DNA of 64,000 nt from contig OX597817.1 in NCBI GenBank assembly GCA_951406725.2, forward strand, positions 87,978,001 through 88,042,000, in the 5' to 3' direction. The notes under the pieces were generated by a model that saw nothing but the letters and a program-made list of their open reading frames with translations, was not told where the DNA came from and ran no database searches. This DNA is from Octopus vulgaris. Taxonomy: Eukaryota. This document shows positions 1 through 13,045 of this stretch, in pieces. The first letter of the stretch is position 1; every line of letters starts with the position of its first letter. Position numbers and translations under genes: made by a program.

Positions 1-578
1 CAGCTATCACAAACATTTATAACTATTGACAACTGTTATCAACCACTTTTGTGATTCTTTATATTGGTTATTCTGTAATAGAATCAATTGGAAACACAAT
101 AATCTACCAAATTACTTATAACTTCATTAGTTACAGTTCTTGTTTTAATGAGATGTCATTCTTTGCATACATTACAGGTTTCTTTTAGATATATATTTTT
201 CCAATTACTAAAATATATTTTAATTTTGTTCATCATTGTGGAATATAGATTCTTCATTGCCACTCAGAGAAATTCCTTGTAAGTTTAATCAATATTTTAT
301 ATCCAAATATGTTTCATAGAGTAAAGAAAACCAGTTTATAGTAATCTAAGGCTACAACCCAGTTTGAATTCTTAATTGTAGATATTTTCTCCTCTTGGTT
401 ATGCTGCTTATACTACCAAATCTCTTCCTCTCTTTCTTGTAAAACAAGGCTATGTGACTCATTAAAACAGAATGAATGCCAGCATTTAAAGAAAGACAGT
501 TATTGTCAATAAGATTATTTAATGATTAGAAACAATATGGAAAGAAACTGAATATATATAGAATAAAAAATGTTTATA

Positions 579-584
579 TTTATT
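579..584 (-). promoter_or_regulatory. candidate EPG5 polyadenylation signal AATAAA (alternative at 1145-1150)
   Basis: AATAAA on the minus strand ~1.8 kb past the stop, followed by T-rich sequence; the hexamer is common in AT-rich DNA. Confidence 0.25.
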
Positions 585-2351
585 TCTCTACAGTTCAGAA
601 ATCCTTTTGAGAGAACAATTAATGTTCCTTTAATAAAATATGTTACCACAATGAAAGCAGTCTCAAATTTTGAATCAAGACTTATAGAATAATTAAAGCT
701 GATTAAAAATTTGAAATTATCAAAACTCAGCTGAATTGCAATTCAGGTAATTTTCATAATTATGTTTTTCCAATATCATAATAAACGTATTTTGTCATAT
801 TTAGATTTCCAAATAATTAATGTAATATTTAATTATGTATTGTTCAGCTTATAATGATGAATTAATAACATAAATTACTCTAGGTGATGATTCCTTTCTA
901 ACATATATTATATGGTATTAAAAAGAATTCATTGAAACGTGTGTTGATTTTTAAAAAAACTTTGCTTTATATCAACTCCCAACACCAGCAAGATTTCTAC
1001 TGCATCTACTATAAATGGAGAACTTCTTCAACTGATGTAAAATGACATATTCCATTGTTTTGCAGATCTATTAAATCAGATTGTATATTTTTTTTAAGAA
1101 ATGGTATCCAAAGAAATTTGAAAGACAATAACAAAAGCTTATAATTTATTTTTGCATCATATTGTCTCAGTGAGTTATTGAGATGAGCAACAATGGCAGT
1201 TTAGCATACTTCTGTACACTGAACAGCTTCAACAGGCATGAAGGTAGATTTCATATTTTAAACTAAAAACAAGACACAGTTGAGAAAAAAAAAAGACAGA
1301 AAAGAAAAGAAAGAACTACAATAACTCGAGTGGTACGCATACACAAAAAAAAATGAATAAATAAAGAAAACAGTTGTGGAATTTCAAAATATACAAAAGG
1401 TATTTTTATACAATATTTTCACATATATATGTATATATATATATATGTGTGTGTGTGTATTTGTGAGAGTGTGTATGTACATATATATGTGTTAATTCAC
1501 ATATATTCAAATATTTGAACATTTAATGAAAGACAAATAAATATATGATATGTTTTCCAGACATGTGTCTGTGACCAATACATAAGGAAGTTGTGTCTGG
1601 TTTAAAAATGATAATTGATACCTTCATAAGACATTGACTTCAAACACATAACCACATGCTGATATCCACAGTAAGTAAAAGGGAAACAGAGAATCCAGCT
1701 ATTTTACATGATCTGCACACAAGAATTATAGAGCTATTGCAGATAGATTATTATTTTTTTTTATACATATCTATCAACAAGATATGAAAAAAATAACTTC
1801 CAAATGGTTATGAGTGCTTGTCTACCTCATGTGCATTGTATGGCATTGAGGAAAGAGTTAAATGTTAAGGTATGAAGAGAGAAAAAACACCCATCTTTTA
1901 CAGGTATACATACTTAAGCCGTTCTTCTTAAAATAAATTTTGGCTGGATCATTCCATATATATATATATATTAATGTCATAGACATTAAACAAAATATTT
2001 TTTTATATATAACTTATTTTGTAAAAGTCGTCTAAATATTTTTTTAGTTGATGTGATATTTCAGTGTTTTCCAAAGCTCATTAGAGTAAGTTAATAATAG
2101 TAACGTTTGAAGATCTTGAAATATAATAAATATAATACTTCAGCAATATATAGTATACAAGATGTTTAAAACTAATAAAAAAAAGAGGTAACTAAAATTT
2201 TACCCTCCTCAGCAAGTGAATAAGGGAGGGACTGAAACAGCCTTAAAAAAGGGGAGGAAACTCAGTTGACCAACTTAATTTTAGTTGGTTGAACCAATGG
2301 GGAAGAGTAAATGAAGAAATAAAGACAGTTATCTCTGAAATTATTAAAGAG

Positions 2352-2664
2352 TCAAGGTGTGAGTGGAGGTAAATTCACTGCCCAATAACCTTTGTGAGAA
2401 TAAAAAGAACGTGCTAGATATTCCAAAAGTTTCACGGAATCATGGAAAACATTGGCCGGGTTGACAACAAAATCTGAACAGTAGTTTATAGTAGTTAACA
2501 ATGAACAATACTGTCGGTTAGTTTTAAGGTTTCGGAGGGCATTCAGTGCTTGTTTACCAGGTGAGTGCAATACAATAGACATCTCTGGATGAACTCGTAA
2601 AGTCAGATCAGGGTGGAGAGTGGTTTGCAGAAATACATACAAAGCACGACAGGTGAGCCGGAAT
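2352..2664 (-). CDS. EPG5: EPG5 terminal coding exon ([12 protein letters not shown]...LPPLTP*)
   Basis: cag acceptor at 2665-2667, TGA at 2352-2354; resembles the EPG5 C-terminus (QALNAL..L...QY). Confidence 0.92.
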
Positions 2665-5600
2665 CTGAAAACAAATACAAATTATTATTACACACCAATT
2701 AATTATATTTCATTAACAAGTATACATGCACACAATGGCATACACCTGTATATGAGTATGAGAATATTCTTAAATAGAGTTGAACTTCTGTAGTGACTTG
2801 TGATAATAAACTTGAATTCAGCTTTCAAAAGCACTCTAGTAAATAGCTTTGAATGCATGTGCAAAATTATATGAGCTCCGTCATAAATTTACTAAACTGG
2901 AGGCAGCCAATCTATGTTCTACTTCAGACCTCTTCATTCTAGTCTTTGAAGTAATATATCATCATCATTATTATTGTTTAATGACAACTTTTAGATATTT
3001 GCATGGGTCAGATGGAATTTGTTGCAGATATTCTACCATCACAATGTCAATACTTAACACACAAACATATACATATATTTACATACACACATATATATAT
3101 CAGGCTTCTTTCATTTTCTGACTACCAATACTTTCATCAAACTGGGGCTACAGTGGGAGACACTGGCCCAAGATGTCATGCAGTGGGACTGACCACAAGA
3201 CCACATGGTTGAAAAAAAGTTTAACAATATGGCCATATAAATACATACACATATATACCTACACATATATACACATATACATAATATACAAATATATGTA
3301 CATGCATATATACATATGTATATCTGTATACGTATGTGTGCCTATATATGCATGAATACAAATATATATATACACACACACACACACACATATAAATATA
3401 TATATATATACACACGCATTTTCCTTTACTTGTTTCAGTTACTGGACAGTGGCCATGCTGTGGCCTTGAAGAGTTTAGTCATTCCTAGTAATTTTCCTTT
3501 TAAGCCTAATACTTATCTTTTCAGTCTCTTTTTGCTGAAACATTAGGTTTCAAGGTCATAAACAAACCAGCACCAGTTGTCAAGTGATGGTGGGAGACAA
3601 AGACATACATACATACATACATAGATATACATAAGACATGCTTCTTTCACTTTCCAGCTATCAAATCCAACCACAAGGCTTTCATCAGTCTGAGGCTACA
3701 GTAGAAGACACTTGCCCAAGGTGCCATGCAAGATGACTGAACATAAAACAAAATGAGATGGACAAACTAGGATGAACAAGGAATACATCCATCTAATTTT
3801 GTTTTGTTATGTTTTGGTCATATTCCCAACAAGTTCTCTTGCTGGTTACCTCCAGGGTGGAAGTAATATTATCAATAATGGCATGAAATTGCGCCTGACC
3901 CCCGCTGACCAATAACTGATGAGGAGTTGGTGACCTTCTGTGTTTGTTCTCTGTTCATCTGTGCATTTAGTGTATGGTTTTCGACTTGACCTTCTGTGTC
4001 TTTTTTCCGTTTGTTTGTTTATTACTATACATGTTTGACTTCTGAAAATATTATAGGCGTAGGAGTGGCTGTGTGGTAAGTAGCTTGCTTACGAACCACA
4101 TGGTTCCGGGTTCAGTCCCACTGCGTGGCACCTTGGGCGAGTGTCTTCTACTATAGCCTCGGGCCGACCAAAGCCTTGTGAGTGGATTTGGTAGACGGAA
4201 ACTGAAAGAAGCCCGTTGTATATATGTATATATATATATATGTGTGTGTATGTTTGTGTGTTGTGTTTGTCCCCACCAACATCGGTTGACAACCAATGCT
4301 GGTGTGTTTACGTCCCCGTAACAAAAGAGACCGATAGAATAAGTACTAGGCTTACAAAGAATAAGTCCTGGGGTCGATTTCCTCGACTAAAGGCAGTGCT
4401 CCAGCATGGCCACAGTCAAATGACTGAAACGAGTAAATAGTGCAATACACTCCTTATTTTTGACCTATACACACACACACAAATACATAAATATATATAC
4501 AAGCATTAGTACAAGAAAACTATTATTGTTCTTAAATCTCTCAATGAGAGATATTCAGTAGCAGCACTTGAAAGTAACAACGATTATTTGCCAATCTAAT
4601 GTGGCAGTCCCATTTGGGGTGAATGCTATATGACACACAATCTGTGTCCTTTATAGACATGCATCACATCAGATTGGCAAATAATCGTTACAAGAAAACT
4701 ATTATCACCAAACTCCATTATTAAGGGAAAAGTATGCCTTACTTGATGGACAAAGTAGACCTTCTGCCTAAACCAATAGCTCCAAGGATACCAGTTGTGT
4801 CTTTATCTTCAGCCAATGGAGTCAACATGTGAATGAATGCTGATAGTATCTGTGCAATGTCTGTAGTGGAACAAGTCTTATTCTCCAGTTGAGAAATCAT
4901 CTGACAAAAGCATTTGTGCCACCACAGTAGCATTTTTCCTTCATTGTCACTACTAAAGAGATAAGGAAAGAAATTTAACAAAATGTCAAAACTGAAAGAT
5001 GTACATTTTGAAAAATGTAGAATGTAGGATTAAGAGAATGTTGGAAACAGAATGTCTCCTGTAAGCTTGTATACAAGGGGGTACTGAAAAGTTCTTGGCT
5101 TTAAGGGTATCACAAAAGGCCTGGTTGGAGGCCCAATCTTCTGAGTTCTTTTCCAGGGCTTAGAAAAATTGAAAGCCTACTGCAGTAGGTGTGTGACTCA
5201 TAATTAATTGCAATAGGTGTGTGAATGATAATAAACTGATCCTCCTGTATTTTCTTTTACCCAAAGCCAGGAACTTTTCAGCATCCTCTCATTGTAATAG
5301 AATTACTTTCCAATTGAGATAGAGCAGATAAATACACTGATGTTAGTGAAATGCCAAAAGTGAAAATAATAAAATTTTGCATTAAATAGTAAGTTAAAAT
5401 TTTTGACAATCAATCAAAATATTTCTTTCAAATTTTGGCACAAGGCCAGCAATTTTAAGAGGAGGGGGAAGTTGGTTACATCAAACTCAGTACTTGACTG
5501 GTGAAAAGCGTGAAAAGCAAAGTCAACTTCGGCAACATTTGAAGTCAGAATATAAAGTGTTGGAGGAAATGCTGCTAAGCATCTTGTGCAATCAACCAAA

Positions 5601-8600
5601 ATATTAGTTTTAAATTTTGGCACAAGGCCAGCAAGTTCAGGGGAGGGGTAAGTCAATTACAACGACCCCAGTGATCAACTGGTACTTACTTTATCGACTG
5701 CAAAAGGGTGAAAGGCAAAGTCGACCTCAGTGGAATTTGAACTCAGAATGTAAAGACAGACGAAATGCAGCTAAGCATTTTACTCAGCATGCTAATGATT
5801 CTGCTAGCTCACTGCCTTCCAATCAACCAAAATATTAGTATTTAGAACTTTTTATCAGATTGAAATAGACTCAAAAAAATGGAAGGCTTACCTAGATTTT
5901 CCTTTTGTACTCCATTCCAGCACTTTCCAAATGACAGCTTGTTCTTCACTACAGTCAGTTGCTGAGGAGAGCTGTTGTAGGAGGTAAGCATGGAGTGTCA
6001 GGAATGCACCTTGCTGTAGACATTCTTCAAGAAATTCAGCCAGGTTCAATTCAGGAATTTGAATATTTAACAAAATAATGTCCCAGTTACTCTTTTGGAA
6101 GCTTCCATCTGTTTGAGATTTAATAAAAGATGAATGCAGATTTAATCATATGAAGCTAGCAGTATGCAGTAAATTATACCTATACATGTATGCGTACATA
6201 TTTTGAACACATAAACACAAATACTCAAAGATAAATAGTTTGGTTCATTAACTATATCATATAACAATAGAACTTCAGTAAAAAAAAAGAACCTATAGCT
6301 TATAAACCAATGGAAGCAAGCTTTATCTGTTGCCTTCAGTAAGGCAGGAACATTCTTCTTTGTAAGAAAATGTAGAGAGTTTCATGTAGTGATACAAGAT
6401 ATTGTGATTACAGAAACAGTGCAAGAGGCATGTAGATAGATAATGTCTGTGTGGAGTGTAAAAGAAGGGTGAAGGCTGGTAGCGAGTGTTGTTACAAGTG
6501 ATAGTAAACAGATTATTAATCTACAGAAGAAAGAGTATAGGAGACTGAACCAAATCCTGACACAAACCAGAGTTAATATAATGGGGGTTGGGGAGAGAAC
6601 CATATTGATATATATATATATATATATATATACATTATGATGAAGCACTGAAGTGGAAAGAATCAAAGGAAGATAACTTTTTCACATCAAGCATAAGTAT
6701 GAAAATTCTGCTGACATCAAGATAAACAACATTACTTTTGCCAAATTGCTCAAATACAAAATACCCATGTCCAGAAAATTCACTGTAAACATTTTTGCAA
6801 TGGGAAATTTCACCATAAAGAAGGCACGTAAGCAGACTGTAAACTAGATAACTCATTTTAAAGAAATTATCTTTTGCTAATTGGTAGGTTAGTTGATGAA
6901 GCAGCCATTTTTAAAAAACAGCTATTTTTTTTTTTTTTTTTCAATTTACTTTTTACTTTTTTTCCAACATATTTTCCTGCAGTTAAAATGTTTATGATGA
7001 ACTTTCCTATAACCCAAAATACCTGCCAGTCTGTTATGCAAAAGGAAGTCTTCAGTATTACCCTTAATACCCACAAAATACAATTTATCATGAGACTCAA
7101 CACCTCATTGGCAGATTTACTGATTTAGCATCATATTTAGATTTATAAATGTTAAGAAGATAATTTTTTGTATTAACTAACCTGAAGTGAAATAAACATC
7201 AACACATTTCTCTAAAATTTGTACAACATTTGTAAGACTAGCCAAAGAACGACAAGCAGCAGCAATGGCTGGCATTAATAGTATGCTGTGGATGGAGGAC
7301 TCTAACCAGCTGTAAATGGTACTGGTAATTAGTTCACTGATTGTTCCTTCTGGATTACAATTATTCAAAAGACTATACACAGTTTTCATCATCTCCACGG
7401 ATTCCTCATTTTGCACATATCGATCAGCAACTGGAAATATATTAGTAGAATAATTAGAGTTTAACAATAAAACATTACAGTAGAACAATATGTAGTAACA
7501 GTTATAGTACATCAATGCTAAGAGATAACCACTTAATTGTAAACAAGCACCCGGGTGCACTACGACTCAGCAGCAAAGATTAAAAGAGGAGACAGCAGCC
7601 ATTTGTCAAGTAAAGACAACAATGAAAGCTAAACGTGCATGCAAACTAGCCAGAATAAAACATAAACAGATACTAAAAGAGCCATAAAGAGGAAAGATTA
7701 CATAAGACTTAAGATTTCACCAATTTGGTGATGCAGCTTGTGAGACTGATTGGACAGTGGTAGACAGGGATGGTGTAGTTGCTTTTTTTCAAACAGGGGA
7801 ATAACTCTTGCAATTTTCCATACATCTCTCCACAAGTAAACAGAATTGCAGAATAGTTTGACAATAAAGCATTATAGAAGAACAGTATGTAGTACCAAAA
7901 TAGTACATCAGTACTGTCAAATAATCACCCAATTCTTATACATCTCTCTACAAGAAGTAAAATTTCAATATCTAGACAATCAATTTAATTTATATGAAAT
8001 CATTACTTAGCAGCAACCTGACACAAACATTAACCAAATTTAATTAAACATAATGTTTTATTTTGTTTTGAATCTTTATTTAAGCAAGTTATATAGAGAC
8101 TTTAGGATTAAATGCTGAGATTAAATAGAAAATTAAAGAGAATTTAAGTGCCATATATTTCTGAAATGAGTTTCTCACTGAAATAAAGCTGAAATGAGTT
8201 TCTCACTTAAATGATTTATATATGAAAAAGAAAACTTCCGGTCTTATTTAATAAATAATAATAATAATAATTGTGTACAGTGCTCAGGTGCACTACAACT
8301 CATCTAAAGTGTATATATAATCAGGTGTAGTTTCGGCGGATTTCGGAAAGCATGAGGGCCTTAAAAGATGCAGTGTCATGGCAGTCAACAACTGACGCAG
8401 GCAGTTTATTCCATGCTTCAGCAATTCTGAGCGTGAAAAAATGTTTCCGAAAGTCATGGGAGCTGTATTGTTTTCTGACTTTGTAGGCATGTCCACGTGT
8501 GTTAGACACATCTCCATATTGTCACTATTTCATAAACTATTAAATGTGACTCAGATAGATAGGTTGTTTATTAATAGAAGAATCATTAATGCTGTGAATA

Positions 8601-11600
8601 TCTTATCAAAAATACTTGCAATGGCTCAGGTGACTTAACTATAAATAAATACTATGGACAGGTTCCACATACTACTAGAAACCTCAAGAGACAGGCAACA
8701 CAAACTACTCAGCCCTCCTACTTACATATCTACAAATATATATCGCTGAGCACATATACACACACACACACAGCTGCAACTATTGGTTACCATTCTATTT
8801 TGCACATAGATAACATCTATGTCTACTGTCTCCTATCCTCTATTTAACAGTAAGCACCTGTGGATTTATAAAATAACCAAACAATTTCAAAACAACTTGC
8901 TACACAAACTTATTAGGAATTTACATTGATGAAAAGAAATCAGTTTCTCCTTCCTTACCTGCCATCTCAACTGTTTCTATTTCAGTCAAGATATTAAGGA
9001 TGCTGTTACTGAATGTTTCTTCATTTATATCATCCTGGTAAGAACACTGGCAGAGAAGCTGGATCACGCAGTACACATAACCAACTCTCTTCTTACTAAT
9101 TTCACTGTTCCAATGAGCAGAACTGTCACAGTCAAATTTTGAGGCAGATTTAATCAAGCTAGAAATAGAAATGAATTTCTCTTTAAAGACAAAATTTCAA
9201 AAAGAAACAAATTTAAACATAAGTTATTGATACTGTATTGCAAAGAACAAGATTAACTGATTGGTATGCAATAGCTAACTTATCAATCATAAAATAATGG
9301 TTTCAAATTCTGGCACAAGGCTATCAATCTTAGGTGAAAGGATAGTCAATTACATCAATGCAAGTGCTCAGCTGGTACTTATTTTATTGACCCTAAAAGG
9401 ATGAAAGGCAAAGTTGACCTCAGTAGATCAATCATAAAATCTTTCTTAGGATTCTTGTAGAAAACGGGATGACAATTTTCTACAGATCAACAATGTGTAT
9501 CTCAATTCCAATATCCTTCACTGTCTTAGGTAGCAGTGTGGGTGTCATTCTAAGTGCATTAATTACCACAGAAAAGTTTTTCACCTTTGTGTTCCATAAT
9601 CTCTACAACTCTCTGGCTAGGTCCCGATATTTCTCACTTTCTTGGGTATCTACTCTATGGTATTGAAAACTTATGATCTTACACTGTTTTTCTTTTTTCT
9701 CCTTTTGTCATCTACAATTATATCTGGCTTTCTTACTTCAATAGTATAGTCAGTTTTTATGAAGATATCCCATAAAACCTTCTGATTGTTTTTCACTATC
9801 ATAATCTTTCTAGCTTGTGTTCATATCACTTTTCTGTAACTATGAATCCACACTTGGTTAACATCTCAATGCACTCTTTTACCAACACAGTTATGCCTAC
9901 ACCTATATTCTTTTTCTGAACTCGCTTAAGACATAGTTAATACTTTCATCTCCTTCAACACAGATTCTGCATTTGCTTTCTGTCTGCAAATAAAGCAGTA
10001 TCATCAGCATACTCCCCATTTTGTCATGGTTAAATGATGACAGATAGTAGATTTTGTAAGAGTGAAACTAAGTTTTTAAATTTTGTCAAACTAAGATACA
10101 AAAGCCATAGTCCAAGTTGACAACAACTGAGAATGATGTAAATGTAGAAGATATTGGTCTAGATGCCAATGCCTCAAAGACAGCAATACATCTGTTACAA
10201 TCAACAGTATTCAATAAGCACAATGAAGCAAAACTCTCTAAAATCAGCAAAGGCCTTTATGTATTTAGGGAATAACATTGCATCTTCAGAAAACAATGTG
10301 AAAATTCATTTTGTGAAAGCATGAACTATTGATGGCTGCAAAGTCATCAGGAAGTCATTGCTTACTGATGATTTTAAGAGAATCTTCTTCCATCTTACTG
10401 AGGAATCAGTGATATTGAATGGGCCCAGTGCTTGAACACTTACCAAACACCTGGGAGCAAGGTTTGATGGTGCTTACATCTGCATTTTATGTGCCATTCT
10501 GAATATCTCATAAAAAATGCATCTGACCAAAGAGACAGTATGGCAATATTCTTGCAATTATTCAATGCAATTAGAGAGAGAGAGGTATTTGTTTTGTAGG
10601 ACATTACTAGAGAGCTAAGCAAGAACTTGTTAATGATATTCTCTATGGACACTCTGACAGGGATATACATGGGTTGATTGGCCAATTAAAACCTTGATTG
10701 ACCAGCTCTGTACAAACACATGTACCCCTTTTTACCTGCTGATTGCTATAGGGCACCGATGATCAAATCAGGCCAAACCACATCAAGTTTGAACTTATTC
10801 CAATAATTTTGGATGTTTTTAAAACACAACTGATAGAAATAATCTTCATTTTGGATTTTATACTGTATGGGGGGTGTTGAACTATTTACATGTCTACCTC
10901 ACATTGGTGTAAGACAAAGTCAGTTTTTTTAAAAATTGATTTTTTTTAACTGTGTAATAATTCAATGAAGCCCACCTGTTACATAGGAACTGACACCACT
11001 TTAAAAAACACACACAAATAAATTAATAATTTTGAACAGAGCAAGAACGCTGCCCAACAGACAAAACCAAAACCAAATAACATTACACAGGGAGACTTTC
11101 TAAATGCAGGGAATGAAACAAAGGATAACATTTCAGAAAAACCAAAAAACCAGTAGCTTGATAAATAACATGTTTGACAACATTTATATACACACCCCAA
11201 AAAAAGATACACACATCATCAAACAAAAGCTTTGAATGCAGGTCACACCCTGTCACTGGCAAATGCACTTGTAAATGAAAGCACTTTTATTTTCACGAAA
11301 ATAACAAATGCATGGCAACATTATGTCACAAGAACAAGTGCTTCTCTACCTGAAACTATCACTCAGGCATGAGAGAAAAGGAAAATAACTTACCTATGCT
11401 TTGCCAATACCACAGGGGTTTTCCTGGTGCCCTCCACAAAGAGGCAGCCTTTGTAGATACATGAAGCAAAATGTCCTTCATAGGGAGAAGGAGGTCATAT
11501 AACACAACATGCATTGTTTTTAAGACTGAGGACAAGTTGAGAGCATGGGATATGACAGTAGTTAAGAGAGTAACACACCTATCAATAAATGGGTCTCATA

Positions 11601-12975
11601 GTATTTGGGACGGAGTTAGTTATAACATCAACCCTTAGCTCACAGTTACGTTTATAGCATAATTGAGGCAGGAGGGATCACTAAGTCATACTAGTCCTCA
11701 TGACTCTACAAGACCATAAAATGGTCTAAGAATTATAATTTGTGGTAGGTGTCAAAAGAAAGACTCTCAAAAACTGATTTTTCAGAAAAGAGACCCATTG
11801 GTACCCATGCAGCAGCAACAGTCATTTAAGAGCTTTCCTTCCAGCAGAGCTGAAAGGAAGAAAGCATACAAACAGCATGAACAAAGGAGATTTAGGCATC
11901 GCCCAATATTTCTCTCCATGAATGTCTCAAGCAAAAGTATTAGATGGAGCTCTTTCCACCACAGAAAAAGTTTAACACTGCAAGTTAAAAAAACACTCAT
12001 CTGTTTTACAACACTGCTGCTCTTCACAATGAAGAATTGTTGCTAAAGATTGAACTGTTTGAAAGTTAAGTATCTAAGAGACAATGCCATGATGCTGACA
12101 AGGTGAAAACTACAAACTTCAAATCTCTATCAATCATCTTATTTCTTTATTGCCCACAAGGGGCTAAACATAGAGGGGACAAAGAAGGACAGACAAAGGG
12201 ATTAAGTCGATTACATCAAACCCAGTGCATAACTGGTACTTTATTTATCGACCCCAAAAGGATGAAAGGCAAAGTCAACCTCGGTGGAATTTGAACTTAG
12301 AACATAATGGCAGACGAAATACCACTAAGCATTTTGCCTGGCGTGCTTACGTTTCTGCCAGCTCACCGCCTAAACTCTATCAATCATCTTGGCTATCTGT
12401 GACTCTCTCAGGAACAATACATGAAATAAAACTGAAATTAGCGTAAGTTGATAGCCTGACTGACATTTTATTGTTGCATTGATAAAACAATGTATCAACC
12501 ATCTTTATTAAGTTCATTTAGTAGAGTTCAAGATTCAGGATTGCGTTTTCAAAATGTTTCTTGATTTCTTCTAACAACAAGCCCTAATATATAACTGACA
12601 CATGCTGAACTCAGAGGAATCAAAATTAAAGCTGAATACAGCAAGATTTTTAACTCAGATTTAGAGGTCACCACATTTTCCTTGGTAATTGTCTTCATTA
12701 TTTAAATGATAAACCTTGACTAAAAGCAAAAATTAAAATCTCACTAACCGTAGTTCCAATGCCTGTAAAGATGACCTCTGTGCAAGAATTGCTCTTGGAT
12801 CACAGTGCTGTAGATACCAGTTGACTGACTGGCTGAAACTATTGGAATCTAAGTAATTCCAACATAACTTCTCAGCCATCATAAACATTAGTATTACTTC
12901 TTCAGTCTGGAAGGAATCAAAACAGAAAACAAACTAAAACAAACTGCAAATCAGGGGAGGGGGAGGGGAGGGAAG

Positions 12976-13045
<70 letters not shown>

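Noticed and set aside
2849-3546. Short Y/I/H/T-rich ORFs
   Set aside because: Translations of TA/CA microsatellites and SINE fragments
4056-4135. tRNA gene
   Set aside because: It is the tRNA-like head of a multicopy SINE and continues into the SINE body
9450-12720. Possible nested gene in the 3.6-kb intron
   Set aside because: No spliceable ORF; the sequence looks like heavily decayed LINE fragments that I could not classify
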